Shown here: positions 48,305 to 57,960 of the stretch, piece after piece
Position numbering within the stretch: position 1 is the stretch's first letter
Layout of the letters: every line of letters begins with the position of its first letter
The notes under the pieces: model-generated
Databases searched by the model: none
The model's input: the letters and a program-made list of their open reading frames with translations, nothing else
What the model was told of the DNA's origin: nothing
NCBI GenBank assembly: GCA_036675475.1
Contig: JAKFEY010000059.1
Location: 73,663-137,662 of the forward strand
Direction: 5' to 3'
DNA length: 64,000 bases
From: Vicinamibacterales bacterium
GTDB lineage: Bacteria > Acidobacteriota > Vicinamibacteria > Vicinamibacterales > SCN-69-37
Translations under genes and position numbers: made by a program

Positions 48305-50308
48305 ATGGCCAGTTCCGACCGATTCCAGCTCGTCACCGACTTCGAGCTCAGGGGCGACCAGCCCCGCGCCATCCAGGAGCTCACGGAGGGACTCGTCCGC
48401 GGCGACGAGGCGCAAGTGCTGCTTGGCGTCACGGGCTCGGGCAAGACCTTCACGATGGCGCAGGTCGTCCAGCGGGTGAACCGGCCCACGCTGGTGATGG
48501 TCCACAACAAGACCCTCGCCGCGCAGCTCTATCAGGAATTCAAGCGCTTCTTCCCGCACAACGCGGTCGAGTACTTCGTCAGCTACTACGACTATTACCA
48601 GCCGGAGGCCTACATGCCGGCCACCGACTCGTACATCGACAAGGAAGCGATCATCAACGAAGAGATCGACCGCATGCGCCTGTCGGCCACGCGGTCGCTC
48701 TTCGAGCGGCGCGACGTCATCATCGTCGCCAGCGTCTCGTGCATCTATGGCCTCGGCGCGCCCGAGGCGTATTACGGCATGATGCTGCCGCTCGAGCGCG
48801 GCCAGCGGCTCGAGCGCGACAAGATTCTGCGGAAGCTGGTGGAAATCCAGTACGAGCGCAACGACCACGAGTTTGCGCGCGGCACGTTCCGCGTCCGCGG
48901 CGATATCGTCGAGGTCTATCCCTCGTATGAGGAGTCGGCGCTGCGCATCGAGCTGTTCGGCGACGAGGTCGACGCGCTCTCGACGTTCGATCCGCTGACG
49001 GGGAAGGTGCTGCGCAAGCACGATCGCATCTCGGTGTATCCGAAGTCGCACTTCGTGATGCCGCGCAGCCGCACGCTGCAGGCCGTGGAGTCGATCAAGG
49101 CGGAGCTCACCGAGCGGCTGAAGGAGCTCGAGTCGGCGGGGCAGGTGCTCGAGGCGCAGCGGCTGCACCAGCGGACGATGTTCGATCTCGAGATGATGAA
49201 GGAGATCGGCTACTGCCACGGCATCGAGAACTACTCGCGGCACCTGTCGGGCCGCCTGCCGGGCGAAGCGCCGCCGACCCTGCTCGATTATCTGCCGGAT
49301 GACGCATTAGTGATCGTGGACGAATCGCACCAGACCGTGCCGCAGATCCGCGGCATGTACTTCGGCGACCGCTCGCGCAAGGAAGTGCTCGTGTCATATG
49401 GGTTCCGGCTGCCGTCGGCGCTCGACAACCGGCCGCTCAACTTCGAGGAGTGGGAGCAGCGGATGGGGCAGCTCGTGTTCGTGAGCGCCACGCCGGGCCC
49501 GTACGAGCTGAAGCGCGCGGGCGGCGTCGTCGTGGAGCAGATCATCCGGCCCACGGGCCTGATCGACCCGCCGCTCGAGGTGCGTCCGGTGCGCGGGCAG
49601 GTGGACGACCTGCTCGGCGAAATTCGCGAGCGGGTGGCGCGCGGCGAGCGCGTGCTGGTGACGACGCTGACCAAGCGGATGGCGGAAGACCTGACGCAGT
49701 ATTACCACGAGCTGGGGGTGCGCGTGCGTTACTTGCACTCGGACATCGACACGCTCGAGCGCGTGCAGATCCTGCGGGATTTGCGGCTGGGCGAGTTCGA
49801 CGTGCTGGTGGGCATCAACCTGCTGCGCGAGGGGCTCGACCTGCCGGAAGTCTCGCTCGTGGCTGTGCTGGATGCCGACAAGGAAGGCTTCCTGCGGTCG
49901 GGCGGGTCGCTGATTCAGACAGTCGGCCGGGCTGCACGAAACGTCAACGGACGGGCCATCCTGTATGCCGATAAGATCACGGCATCGATGAAATTCGCGA
50001 TGGACGAGACCGTCCGCCGGCGGACGGTGCAGGAAGCCTACAACCAGGAGCACGGCATCACGCCGCAGTCGATCATCAAGGACATCGACGGCGTCATGTC
50101 GAGCGTGTACGAGCGCGACTACATGACCGTGCCGAAGGTCGCCGACGAGCGCGCCACGTTCCGCACGCAGGCGGAGCTCGACGCGCACATCGCGTCGCTC
50201 GAATCCGACATGAAGGCCGCGGCGTCCAACCTGGAGTTCGAGAAGGCCGCCGCGATCCGCGATCGCCTGCGGCGGCTGCGGAACCCGGATCTGGTGAAGG
50301 CATCGTGA
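48305..50308 (+). CDS. uvrB: Excinuclease ABC subunit B
   Basis: [17 protein letters not shown], Walker A GVTGSGKT, helicase motifs, C-terminal UVR domain ([13 protein letters not shown]). Confidence 0.97.
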   Translation: MASSDRFQLVTDFELRGDQPRAIQELTEGLVRGDEAQVLLGVTGSGKTFTMAQVVQRVNRPTLVMVHNKTLAAQLYQEFKRFFPHNAVEYFVSYYDYYQPEAYMPATDSYIDKEAIINEEIDRMRLSATRSLFERRDVIIVASVSCIYGLGAPEAYYGMMLPLERGQRLERDKILRKLVEIQYERNDHEFARGTFRVRGDIVEVYPSYEESALRIELFGDEVDALSTFDPLTGKVLRKHDRISVYPKSHFVMPRSRTLQAVESIKAELTERLKELESAGQVLEAQRLHQRTMFDLEMMKEIGYCHGIENYSRHLSGRLPGEAPPTLLDYLPDDALVIVDESHQTVPQIRGMYFGDRSRKEVLVSYGFRLPSALDNRPLNFEEWEQRMGQLVFVSATPGPYELKRAGGVVVEQIIRPTGLIDPPLEVRPVRGQVDDLLGEIRERVARGERVLVTTLTKRMAEDLTQYYHELGVRVRYLHSDIDTLERVQILRDLRLGEFDVLVGINLLREGLDLPEVSLVAVLDADKEGFLRSGGSLIQTVGRAARNVNGRAILYADKITASMKFAMDETVRRRTVQEAYNQEHGITPQSIIKDIDGVMSSVYERDYMTVPKVADERATFRTQAELDAHIASLESDMKAAASNLEFEKAAAIRDRLRRLRNPDLVKAS

Positions 50309-51066
50309 TCGAATGGCTCAAGGCGGCCCTGCTGGAGCTGCAGGAGTACCTGCGCCTGGTGGCGGCCACGACGCGCGCGCTGTTCTCGCGTCCGTATTAC
50401 TACCGCGACATCGTCGATCAGTTCATGGCCATCGGCATGGGCTCGATGACCGTCGTGCTGCTGACGGGCACCTTCACGGGCATGGTGCTGGCGCTGCAGT
50501 CGGGCATCACGCTCGATATGTTCGGCGCGCGGTCCATGGTCGGCGGGCTGGTCAGCGCGTCGATGATCAAGGAGCTGGGGCCGGTCCTCACGGCGCTCAT
50601 GGTCACAGGACGCGTCGGATCGGGCATCGCCGCGGAGCTCGGCTCCATGATGGTCACCGACCAGATCAGCGCGCTGCGCGCGCTCGGCAGCGACCCGGTC
50701 CGCAAGCTGGTGCTGCCGCGTGTGCTGGCCGGCGTGATCATGGTGCCCGTGCTCACGGTGATCGCCGACGCGATCGGCATGGTCGGCGCCTGGATCATCG
50801 CGGTGACGCAGTTGAAGGTCGCCGGCTCGGTGTTCTGGAACTCGGTGGTGCGCGGGCTCTTCATCCAGGACGTGTGGATGGGGCTCATCAAGCCGTTCTT
50901 CTTCGGCTTTGTCATCGTCACCATCGCCTGCCATGTGGGGCTGCGCACGAGCGGCGGCACGCAGGGCGTCGGACGCGCGACGACCAACGCCGTGGTCACC
51001 GGCTCGGTCGTGGTGCTGGCCATCGACTTTCTGCTGACGAAGCTGCTCTTCGTCCTGATGTACTGA
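50305..51066 (+). CDS. mlaE: MlaE-family ABC transporter permease
   Basis: 253 aa. [39 protein letters not shown] is the MlaE signature region. GTGA overlap with uvrB. Confidence 0.9.
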   Translation: MIEWLKAALLELQEYLRLVAATTRALFSRPYYYRDIVDQFMAIGMGSMTVVLLTGTFTGMVLALQSGITLDMFGARSMVGGLVSASMIKELGPVLTALMVTGRVGSGIAAELGSMMVTDQISALRALGSDPVRKLVLPRVLAGVIMVPVLTVIADAIGMVGAWIIAVTQLKVAGSVFWNSVVRGLFIQDVWMGLIKPFFFGFVIVTIACHVGLRTSGGTQGVGRATTNAVVTGSVVVLAIDFLLTKLLFVLMY

Positions 51067-51929
51067 TGCTGTTTCACAAGCGCACAGCCGTCGCGGCGGC
51101 ACGATCGCCGGAGCTCGAGGAGGCCCTCGGCCCCGGCTCGCCCATTGTCGTGTTCGACAAGGTGTCGCTGGCGTTCGACGACAAGGTGATCCTCGACGAG
51201 GTCAGCTTCACGCTGATCACGGGCCACACGAAGATCTTCCTGGGCGCGAGCGGCGCGGGCAAGTCCACCATCCTCAAGCTGATTCTCGGTCTGCTGAAAC
51301 CGGACGGCGGCAAGATCTGGGTGAACGGCGAGCAGGTGCACGACTTCACCGAAGACCAGATGATGGCGGTGCGCGCGGACCTCGGCATGGTGTTCCAGGA
51401 AGGCGCGCTGTTCGACTCGCTGACCGTGCGCGAGAACGTGGGCTACAAGCTCTGGGAAGAGCTGAAGCAGCCGCTCGATCAGGTCAACCGCCGCGTCGAG
51501 GAGGTGCTCGGCTTCATCGGCCTCGCCGATTTCATCGACCGCATGCCGTCGGAGTTGTCGGGCGGGCAGCGGCGCCGCGTCGCCATCGCGCGCGCGATGG
51601 CGGCCAAGCCGCGCATCCTGCTGTACGACGAGCCGACCACCGGTCTCGATCCGATCACGTCGGTCACGGTGGATGAGGAAATCATCAAGCTTCGCGATCT
51701 CGAGAACATCAGCTCGATCGTCGTCACGCACCAGCTGCGCGACGCGTTCTATGTGTCGGACAACATGGCGGTGAAGACCGCCGCCGGCATCGACTTCGTG
51801 CCCGCGCCGCCCGAAAAGCGCGAACAGGCCGAGTTCCTGATGCTGAACAAGGGGAAGGTCCACTTCGAGGGGACCTCCGACGAGCTCCGGTCGTCGAAGG
51901 ACTCGTATCTGCAGGCGTTCCTGTCATAG
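51066..51929 (+). CDS. mlaF: MlaF-family ABC transporter ATP-binding protein
   Basis: Walker A GASGAGKST, signature LSGGQRRRVAIARA, Walker B ILLYDEPTTGLD. TGATG overlap with mlaE. Confidence 0.9.
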   Translation: MLFHKRTAVAAARSPELEEALGPGSPIVVFDKVSLAFDDKVILDEVSFTLITGHTKIFLGASGAGKSTILKLILGLLKPDGGKIWVNGEQVHDFTEDQMMAVRADLGMVFQEGALFDSLTVRENVGYKLWEELKQPLDQVNRRVEEVLGFIGLADFIDRMPSELSGGQRRRVAIARAMAAKPRILLYDEPTTGLDPITSVTVDEEIIKLRDLENISSIVVTHQLRDAFYVSDNMAVKTAAGIDFVPAPPEKREQAEFLMLNKGKVHFEGTSDELRSSKDSYLQAFLS

Positions 51930-51941
51930 GGTCGAACAACC

Positions 51942-52982
51942 ATGCCACGCACGAAATCACTCGCCTGGTCGCAACTGAAAATCGGCATCGTCGGCGTCAT
52001 CGCGATCGCCCTGGCGATGGCGCTCATCCTGGCCGTGGGCGGCCAGGCCGGCTTCTGGTGGGAGCGCTACACGCTCAAGACGCGCTTCACCAACGCCGCC
52101 GGCATGAAGCCGGGCGCGGTCGTCCGCCTCGCCGGCAAGGACGTCGGCAAGGTGACGTCGGTGGACTTCGCCGGCAAGGAGATCGAGGTGGGCATGGACA
52201 TCCACGAGGATGTGCAGCCGCTCATCACCACCGAGTCGCGCGCGTTCATGGGATCGCTGAGCCTGCTGGGCGAGCCGATCGTCGAGATCACGCCGGGCCT
52301 GACGGGCACACCGCTCGAGAACGGCGCCTACATTCCGTCGACCGCCGCGTCCGGCTCGATCGCCGAAGTATCGGCCACCGCGCAGACCACGCTCACCGAA
52401 GCGAACAAGGTGCTGGAGCGCATCAATCGCGGCGAGGGCACGGTGGGCAAGATCTTCACCGACGAGCAGCTCTATGCCGACACCCAGGGGCTGGTGAACG
52501 CGGCCGAGTCCGTGGTGCGCAACATCCAGCGCGGCGGCGGCACCCTCGGGCAGCTGGCGCAGAACCCGCGCGCCTATCGCGAGATGGAGCAGTCGCTCGC
52601 CAACCTTCGCGCGATCACCGCGCGCATCAACGCGGGCGAAGGCAGCCTCGGCAGGCTTCTGAATGACGATGCGCTGGCGAAGTCGCTGTCGTCGACGTCC
52701 AGCAACGTCGAGCAGATTACGGCGCGCGTCAACCGGGGCGAGGGTACTCTCGGCAAGCTCGTGACCGAAGACGAGCTCTATGGCCGGTTCAACGCGCTTG
52801 CCGGCAGCATGGAGAAGCTGATGGCGGGCCTCCAGGCGGGCGAGGGCACGGCGGGCCAGTTCCTGAAAGACAAGCAGTTGTATGAGAACATGAATCAGAC
52901 AACCGCGGAGCTGCGCGCGCTGGTAGCGGAGATTCGCAAGGACCCGAAGAAGTACCTGAACATCCGGGTCAGTATTTTCTAG
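51942..52982 (+). CDS. mlaD: MlaD/MCE-domain protein
   Basis: N-terminal TM, MCE domain (FTNAAGMKPGAVVRLAGKDVGKVTSV), repeated GEGT(L/V)GK helical C-terminus. Confidence 0.85.
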   Translation: MPRTKSLAWSQLKIGIVGVIAIALAMALILAVGGQAGFWWERYTLKTRFTNAAGMKPGAVVRLAGKDVGKVTSVDFAGKEIEVGMDIHEDVQPLITTESRAFMGSLSLLGEPIVEITPGLTGTPLENGAYIPSTAASGSIAEVSATAQTTLTEANKVLERINRGEGTVGKIFTDEQLYADTQGLVNAAESVVRNIQRGGGTLGQLAQNPRAYREMEQSLANLRAITARINAGEGSLGRLLNDDALAKSLSSTSSNVEQITARVNRGEGTLGKLVTEDELYGRFNALAGSMEKLMAGLQAGEGTAGQFLKDKQLYENMNQTTAELRALVAEIRKDPKKYLNIRVSIF

Positions 52983-53023
52983 GTGGCGCGGCCCTTCAGG
53001 GCCTGCGAAACAGGGAGATCGTG

Positions 53024-53269
53024 ATGGCGCGATATCGCGAAGATTCGGGCGGCGGCGTGCTCGCCGCGTTCGTGCTCGGGGCCCTGGCCGGCGCCGCGGT
53101 GGCGCTGCTGTACGCGCCGGGCCCGGGCGACGAGATGCGGCGCAAGCTGGCCGACAAGGCGCGCGACGGGCGCGATCAGGCCAACCGCGCGTATGAGCGG
53201 GGCAAGGCCGCGTTCGAGAAGGCCCGTCAGGCCGCTGGCGAGCAGGCGCCGGGCGAGGAGACGCTGTGA
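53024..53269 (+). CDS. YtxH-domain protein
   Basis: 81 aa. GVLAAFVLGALAGAAVALLYAPGPGDEMRRKL is the YtxH-like TM + AP.sG.E.R pattern. GGGAG RBS 5 nt upstream of ATG 53024. Confidence 0.7.
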   Translation: MARYREDSGGGVLAAFVLGALAGAAVALLYAPGPGDEMRRKLADKARDGRDQANRAYERGKAAFEKARQAAGEQAPGEETL

Positions 53270-53688
53270 CCGACGCGTCGAACGTGTTCCTGGCGGTCAT
53301 TGCCATTTCGGTGCTGGCGATGGCCGTCATGCAGATTGGCGCCGTCATGCTGCTCGCGCGCTCGATGAAGCGCGTCATGGCCATTACCGAAGATCTGCAG
53401 CGCGAAATCAAGCCGCTGGCGGCGAAGGTCAATGCCATCGCCGACGAGGCGCAGCGCGCCGCCGCGCTGGCCACGAAGCAGGTGGAGCGCGTCGACGTGC
53501 TCATGGTCGACGTGACGCGCCGCGTGCACGAAACGTCGGACGCCATCCATTCGCTGGTCACCGGGCCGATGCGCCACGGGGGCGCGCTCGTGTCGGGCCT
53601 CCGCGCCGCCCTCACGGCGTTGCTCACCACCAGGACCGACCGCCGCTTCGAGCGCGACGAGGAAGAAGACGCGCTGTTTGTCGGCTGA
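53266..53688 (+). CDS. DUF948-like membrane-anchored coiled-coil protein
   Basis: 140 aa. N-terminal TM followed by a helical region. GTGA overlap with the YtxH gene. The YtxH + DUF948 pairing is common (recalled). Confidence 0.6.
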   Translation: MTDASNVFLAVIAISVLAMAVMQIGAVMLLARSMKRVMAITEDLQREIKPLAAKVNAIADEAQRAAALATKQVERVDVLMVDVTRRVHETSDAIHSLVTGPMRHGGALVSGLRAALTALLTTRTDRRFERDEEEDALFVG

Positions 53689-53703
53689 TCCGGCCCGGCG
53701 GGG

Positions 53704-53732
53704 TTGACCCGTCGCGCCGCAGGTGGTAGTTT
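53704..53732 (+). promoter_or_regulatory. Candidate sigma70-type promoter
   Basis: TTGACC (53704-09), 17-nt spacer, TAGTTT (53727-32), about 40 nt upstream of ATG 53773, which has a GGGAGGAG RBS. By-eye match only. Confidence 0.3.
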
Positions 53733-53772
53733 TCGCCCTTCACGGCTGTATACCCGGGAGGAGAACCACCTG

Positions 53773-54342
53773 ATGTTCCGCGCTTTACGTCTGCCCCTGG
53801 CCTCGGCCGCTCTGGCCACCTTCGTCCTCGCCGCGTTTGCCGCGCCGGCTGCCGCGCGCCACGACGCCGCGCAGTCAAAATCCGCGTCGCTCGCCAAGGA
53901 ACTGGTCGATCTGCTCACCGAGCAGAAGCGCAACAGCATCGCCGTGCGCGACCCCGTCGAGCGCGACCGCTTCATCGCCGCGATGACGTATCCCGGACAG
54001 CTCATGGTTGTCACCGGGAAGTACACCGTGCCCGTGCTGCTCGACGAAAAAATCAGCTTCGGCAAGCACATGGAGGTGTACGTCGAGCTCAACGGCGCTG
54101 CCGTGCCCGCCTCGAAGGTGTTCATCGAGGATCAGTTCGCCGACGGCCTCGCGCTCACGCGCAAACAGTCTCCCTTCGACAGCATCGTCCTCGGCGGCCA
54201 GGCCATGCTGTTCGACGGCGACCATCGCAAGAAGAAGATGTCGAAAGAGGACTACACCAAGGCGTTTACCGACGCCGAAGCGCAGTACTCCAAGCTGCTG
54301 GAACTGCTGATCGCCCAGGCCAAGGCCGGCGACAAGGGCTAG
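53773..54342 (+). CDS. Secreted hypothetical protein
   Basis: MFRALRLPLASAALATFVLAAFAAPAAA signal peptide, strong RBS, 189 aa, no recognised motif. Confidence 0.65.
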   Translation: MFRALRLPLASAALATFVLAAFAAPAAARHDAAQSKSASLAKELVDLLTEQKRNSIAVRDPVERDRFIAAMTYPGQLMVVTGKYTVPVLLDEKISFGKHMEVYVELNGAAVPASKVFIEDQFADGLALTRKQSPFDSIVLGGQAMLFDGDHRKKKMSKEDYTKAFTDAEAQYSKLLELLIAQAKAGDKG

Positions 54343-54380
54343 CGCACAGGCCCGTCATGGGCTATTCTGATGGTTCGGTT

Positions 54381-54456
54381 GGGCGCTTGGCTCAGTTGGT
54401 AGAGCACCGCCTTCACACGGCGGGGGTCAGTGGTTCGAGTCCACTAGCGCCCACCA
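54381..54456 (+). tRNA. tRNA-Val (anticodon CAC)
   Basis: Cloverleaf folded by hand. Acceptor GGGCGCT/AGCGCCC, D arm GCTC..GAGC, anticodon stem CCGCC/GGCGG with loop TTCACAC, T arm AGTGG TTCGAGT CCACT, discriminator A and encoded CCA. 76 nt. Confidence 0.95.
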
Positions 54457-54470
54457 ACCTCTCAAATTCA

Positions 54471-54532
54471 ATGGAAATGGGAAATTGGAAAATGGAAATT
54501 GCAATTTCCATTTTCCAGTTTCCATTTTCCAG
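54471..54532. terminator. AT-rich hairpin made of 4+4 degenerate heptamers (nTGGAAA / TTTCCAn); probable bidirectional terminator
   Basis: ATGGAAA TGGGAAA TTGGAAA ATGGAAA TTGCAA TTTCCAT TTTCCAG TTTCCAT TTTCCAG. The central 30 nt (54487-54516) are a perfect palindrome. It sits between the tRNA 3' end and the stop of the convergent gene (54543). Confidence 0.55.
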
Positions 54533-54542
54533 TGCTCTTGGC

Positions 54543-55361
54543 CTATTTTCGTCGGTCCGGCAGGCGCCGCTCGCTCGGGCCGTCGTAGGTGTGCTGTGAC
54601 GGCTCGATGACCCGCATGGGTTTTTCGCGGTCTTTTTCCTCGAGCGAGTGGGCGACGATGCCGGGGATGCGCGAGATGATGAAGAGCGCGTCGCTGACTT
54701 CCGGCGCGAGGCCGATGTCGGCGCACACGGCGGCGATCGCGCCGTCGACGTTGATCGGCATCGTGGTCTCGGTGCCGATCCCCTTGTCGTGCAGCGCCAT
54801 TTCGAGCGCGCGAATCATCTGAATGTGCGGGCCCTCGAGGTCCAGCTCCAGCGCCATCTGAAACAGCCGCGCGGCGCGCGGGTCGCGCTGGTGATAACGG
54901 TGGCCGAAGCCGGGGAAAAGGTCCTGCTTGGCATGCACGCGGTCGACGAGCTCGATGGCCGCGTCGCGATAGCTCTTGCCGCTCTGCGTGAGTTCGAGGC
55001 CTTCGTCGAGCAGCTGGCGGCACGCCTGGATGTCGCCGCCATAGAACTTGCCGAAGCCCAGCACGCCGGCCGCCACGGCGTTGCGCGTGGCGGCGCCGGT
55101 GGTGGTGACGTTGCGCGCGGCCAGCGTCGGCGGCGGCGTCACGCCGTGGTCGATGAACGACACGAGCAGCGCTTCGACCAGCCGCCCGATGGCCGGCCCC
55201 GGGACTTCCCCCACCAGCAGCAGATAGATGGCCTCGCCGAAGCTGAGACGCCCCATCATCTCGTCGAGCGGATACCCGCGCACGAGAATCCGGTTCGGCT
55301 CGATGCAGGTGAGCGCCGTCTTCCACCGCGTGTCGTCGTTCTTCCGCTTGTGGTCAGCCAT
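54543..55361 (-). CDS. Citrate synthase-family protein (citryl-CoA lyase-like, short form)
   Basis: 272 aa. GFGHRYHQRDPRA and PINVDGAIA match the catalytic C-terminal part of citrate synthase / citryl-CoA lyase. The start codon abuts the REP at 55361. Confidence 0.75.
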   Translation of the reverse strand: MADHKRKNDDTRWKTALTCIEPNRILVRGYPLDEMMGRLSFGEAIYLLLVGEVPGPAIGRLVEALLVSFIDHGVTPPPTLAARNVTTTGAATRNAVAAGVLGFGKFYGGDIQACRQLLDEGLELTQSGKSYRDAAIELVDRVHAKQDLFPGFGHRYHQRDPRAARLFQMALELDLEGPHIQMIRALEMALHDKGIGTETTMPINVDGAIAAVCADIGLAPEVSDALFIISRIPGIVAHSLEEKDREKPMRVIEPSQHTYDGPSERRLPDRRK

Positions 55362-55392
55362 GAATAATTAAGACCCGTCCCCGTTTATTCAG
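55361..55392 (-). repeat. REP copy (variant), 31/32 identical to 37081-37112
   Basis: TGAATAATTAAGACCCGTCCCCGTTTATTCAG. It contains the last base of the downstream gene's start codon (55359-61) and the TAA stop of upp (55385-87). Confidence 0.85.
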
Positions 55393-56008
55393 TTCCGTAC
55401 AGCCGGTCGCCGAAGTCGCCGAGGCCGGGGACGATGAACTTGCGCTCGTTCAGGCCGCGGTCGATGACGGGCGTGTAGATGCGAACGTGCGGATGCGCGG
55501 CCTCGACGGCGGCGATGCCTTCGGGCGCGGCCACGATGCAGAGGATGCGGATGTCGCGGGCGCCGGCATCGGTCAGCACCTGGATGGCGTCGACCGCGCT
55601 GCCGCCGGTGGCCAGCATCGGATCCACCATCAGGACGTAGCTCGACGACATGTTCGCCGGCAGCCGCGAGTAGTAGCGCGACGCGACGGCCGTGGTTTCG
55701 TCGCGGCGCAGGCCGATGTGCCCCACGCGGGCCCATGGGATGAGGCGCAGGACGGCGTCGAGCATGCCGAGCCCGGCGCGAAGCACCGGCACGACGACCA
55801 CGTCGCCCGCCACGCGCTGGACCTCGGCGGCGCCCATCGGCGTCTCGACCGTGGTGGTCTCGGTCGGGAGATCCTTCAGCGCTTCGGCGGCCAGAAACAG
55901 GCTCAGGCGTTCCGCCAGGCGGCGGAAGCGGCCTGGCTGTGTCCTCACGTCGCGCAAGGACCCCAGCGCGTCCTGAGCAAGCGGGTGCGAGACGAGATGA
56001 ACGGGCAC
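55385..56008 (-). CDS. upp: Uracil phosphoribosyltransferase
   Basis: VPVLRAGLGM, PRPP motif YVLMVDPMLATGGS, C-terminal IVPGLGDFGDRLYGT. Confidence 0.95.
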   Translation of the reverse strand: MPVHLVSHPLAQDALGSLRDVRTQPGRFRRLAERLSLFLAAEALKDLPTETTTVETPMGAAEVQRVAGDVVVVPVLRAGLGMLDAVLRLIPWARVGHIGLRRDETTAVASRYYSRLPANMSSSYVLMVDPMLATGGSAVDAIQVLTDAGARDIRILCIVAAPEGIAAVEAAHPHVRIYTPVIDRGLNERKFIVPGLGDFGDRLYGTE

Positions 56009-56053
56009 GAGAGGACTATATAACGAGGGCGTTCAGGTAAGATCGGGGCGCAC

Positions 56054-57451
56054 ATGACACGCTGGTTCGGTGGGTTGGCGCTCGTTGTCGTCGCCGCGTG
56101 CGCCGTGGCCGTGCCGGTGGCGCAGCAGCCGCCGGTGCTGGTCATCACAGGCGGCACGGTGGTCACCGTGGATGCGGCCGGCCGGGTGATCGAGAACGGG
56201 GCCGTCGCGATCCAGGGCGGGAAGATTCTCGCCGTCGATGGCGCAGACGCGATCGCGAAGGCCTACCCCGGCGCCGAGCGCATCGATGCCGCTGGGCATG
56301 TGATCATGCCGGGCCTGGTCAACACGCACGGCCACGCGCCCATGGTGTTGTATCGCGGGCTGGCGGACGACCTCGCCCTGATGGACTGGCTGCAGCAGTA
56401 CATCTTCCCGGCTGAAGCGAAGACCGTCTCGCCGGAGTTCGTACGCGCAGGCACGCGGCTCGCCGCGCTCGAGATGATCGAGTCGGGCACCACGACCTAC
56501 GCCGACATGTATTACTTCGAGGAGGAGATTGCCGCGGCCACCAAAGCCGCCGGCCTCCGCGGCGTGCTCGGCCAGACCATCATCCAGTTTCCCGTCGCCG
56601 ACGCGAAATCCTGGCAGGAAGGGCTCGCGCGAACGGAAGGCTTCGTGCGCCAGTGGCGCAACGACCCGCTGATTACGCCGGCCTACGCGCCGCACTCCAT
56701 GTACACGCTCGACGCCTCGATGCTGAAGGCGATTCGCGCGTCCGCCGATCGCGAGCGCGCGCCGGTGCTGATCCATCTCTCCGAGACCGAGGTCGAAAAC
56801 GACGACTCGCAGAAGAATCACGGGATGTCGCCGACCGAGTATCTCGACAGCCTCGGCTTCCTGAAGCCGGGCACGGTCGGCGCGCACGGCGTGTGGCTGA
56901 GCGACAGCGATTTGTCGATCCTCGTGAAACGCGGCGTCAGCCTGTCGCACAACCCCGAAAGCAACATGAAGCTCGCGAGCGGCGCGGCCCCCGTGGCCAA
57001 ATGGCTGATGTCGGGCATTCCCTCGGGCATCGGCACCGACGGCGCGGCCAGCAACAACGATCTCGACATGTTCGAGGCGATGCGGCTCGCGTCGTTTCTC
57101 GCCAAGCACACGACGGGCGACCCGCGGGCGCTGCCGGCCCGAGCCGCACTCGAAATGGCCACCATCGGCGGCGCCCGCGCGCTCGGCCTCGGCGCCCGCA
57201 CGGGCTCCCTCGAGCCCGGCAAGCTCGCCGACGTCATCATCGTCGACATGTCGAGCGTGCATCAGACGCCGATGTACGATCCGGTGTCGCATCTCGTGTA
57301 CGCGACGCGCGGCAGCGATGTGCGCGACGTCATCGTGCACGGCAAGGTGCTCATGCGCGACCGGCAGGTGAAGACGCTCGACCGCGCGGCCGTTCTTGCC
57401 GAGGCGCGCGCCATGCAGGCAAAAGTGAAAGCGGCCGTCGCGAAACGATGA
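56054..57451 (+). CDS. Amidohydrolase-superfamily deaminase (MTA/SAH deaminase MtaD-like / chlorohydrolase family) with N-terminal signal-like segment
   Basis: PGLVNTHGHAPM (HxH), HLSET, HGVWL, GTDGAASNN. N-terminal LALVVVAACAVAVPVA. Confidence 0.85.
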   Translation: MTRWFGGLALVVVAACAVAVPVAQQPPVLVITGGTVVTVDAAGRVIENGAVAIQGGKILAVDGADAIAKAYPGAERIDAAGHVIMPGLVNTHGHAPMVLYRGLADDLALMDWLQQYIFPAEAKTVSPEFVRAGTRLAALEMIESGTTTYADMYYFEEEIAAATKAAGLRGVLGQTIIQFPVADAKSWQEGLARTEGFVRQWRNDPLITPAYAPHSMYTLDASMLKAIRASADRERAPVLIHLSETEVENDDSQKNHGMSPTEYLDSLGFLKPGTVGAHGVWLSDSDLSILVKRGVSLSHNPESNMKLASGAAPVAKWLMSGIPSGIGTDGAASNNDLDMFEAMRLASFLAKHTTGDPRALPARAALEMATIGGARALGLGARTGSLEPGKLADVIIVDMSSVHQTPMYDPVSHLVYATRGSDVRDVIVHGKVLMRDRQVKTLDRAAVLAEARAMQAKVKAAVAKR

Positions 57452-57960
57452 CAACCCTGATCAGTGAAGCCGCGCTCCAGGCGCGCGTGAAGGAAGTGGC
57501 GCAGCAGATCCGCGCGGACGCCGGCGCCGAACCCATTCTGCTGCTGGGCGTGCTCAAAGGCGCGTTCATGTTCATGGCCGACCTGATGCGCCAGATCCAG
57601 GGCGAAGTCACCTGCGACTTCATCTCCGTGTCGAGCTATGTGGGGACAACGTCGAGCGGGGAAGTGCAGATCCGCAAGGATGTCGACAGCCCCCTCGAAG
57701 GCCGCCGCGTGATCATCGTCGAGGACATCGTGGATACAGGGCTGACGCTGCACTATCTGCAGGGCATCCTGCAGAACCGCAATCCCGCCAGCCTGCAGAC
57801 CGCATGTCTGCTGAGCAAGCCGTCGCGCCGCAAGACGCCGGTGCCGGTGGATTACGTCGGCTTCGAGATCGAGGACAAGTTCGTGGTGGGTTACGGGCTC
57901 GACTTCAACGAGCGCTACCGCAACCTTCCGTATATCGGCGTGGTCGAAGGCGGCTACTGA
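57448..57960 (+). CDS. hpt: Hypoxanthine phosphoribosyltransferase
   Basis: LLLGVLKGAFMFMADL, PRPP motif VIIVEDIVDTGLTL, VGYGLDFNERYRNLPYI. ATGA overlap upstream, TGATG overlap downstream. Confidence 0.95.
   Translation: MTTLISEAALQARVKEVAQQIRADAGAEPILLLGVLKGAFMFMADLMRQIQGEVTCDFISVSSYVGTTSSGEVQIRKDVDSPLEGRRVIIVEDIVDTGLTLHYLQGILQNRNPASLQTACLLSKPSRRKTPVPVDYVGFEIEDKFVVGYGLDFNERYRNLPYIGVVEGGY

Noticed and set aside
52985-53007. GGCCC-TTCA-GGGCC hairpin after mlaD as a fourth GTAG-REP copy
   Set aside because: It lacks the GTAG box and has only a 5-bp stem. It is probably just a weak terminator-like hairpin.
51957-54125. 722-aa ORF on the minus strand
   Set aside because: It runs antisense across four separate + strand genes (mlaD, the YtxH gene, the DUF948 gene and the secreted protein gene) and their intergenic regions. 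Ser/Arg/Ala-rich. Artefact.
54471-54532. Whether the heptamer arrays could be CRISPR arrays
   Set aside because: The period is 7 nt with no spacers, the arrays hold 4-5 units and are paired as hairpin arms, and no cas genes are present. Not CRISPR.
54357-54599. 80-aa ORF (MGYSDGS...WKMEIAISIFQFPFSS)
   Set aside because: It is read straight through the tRNA-Val gene and the heptamer hairpin, so it is not a protein gene.
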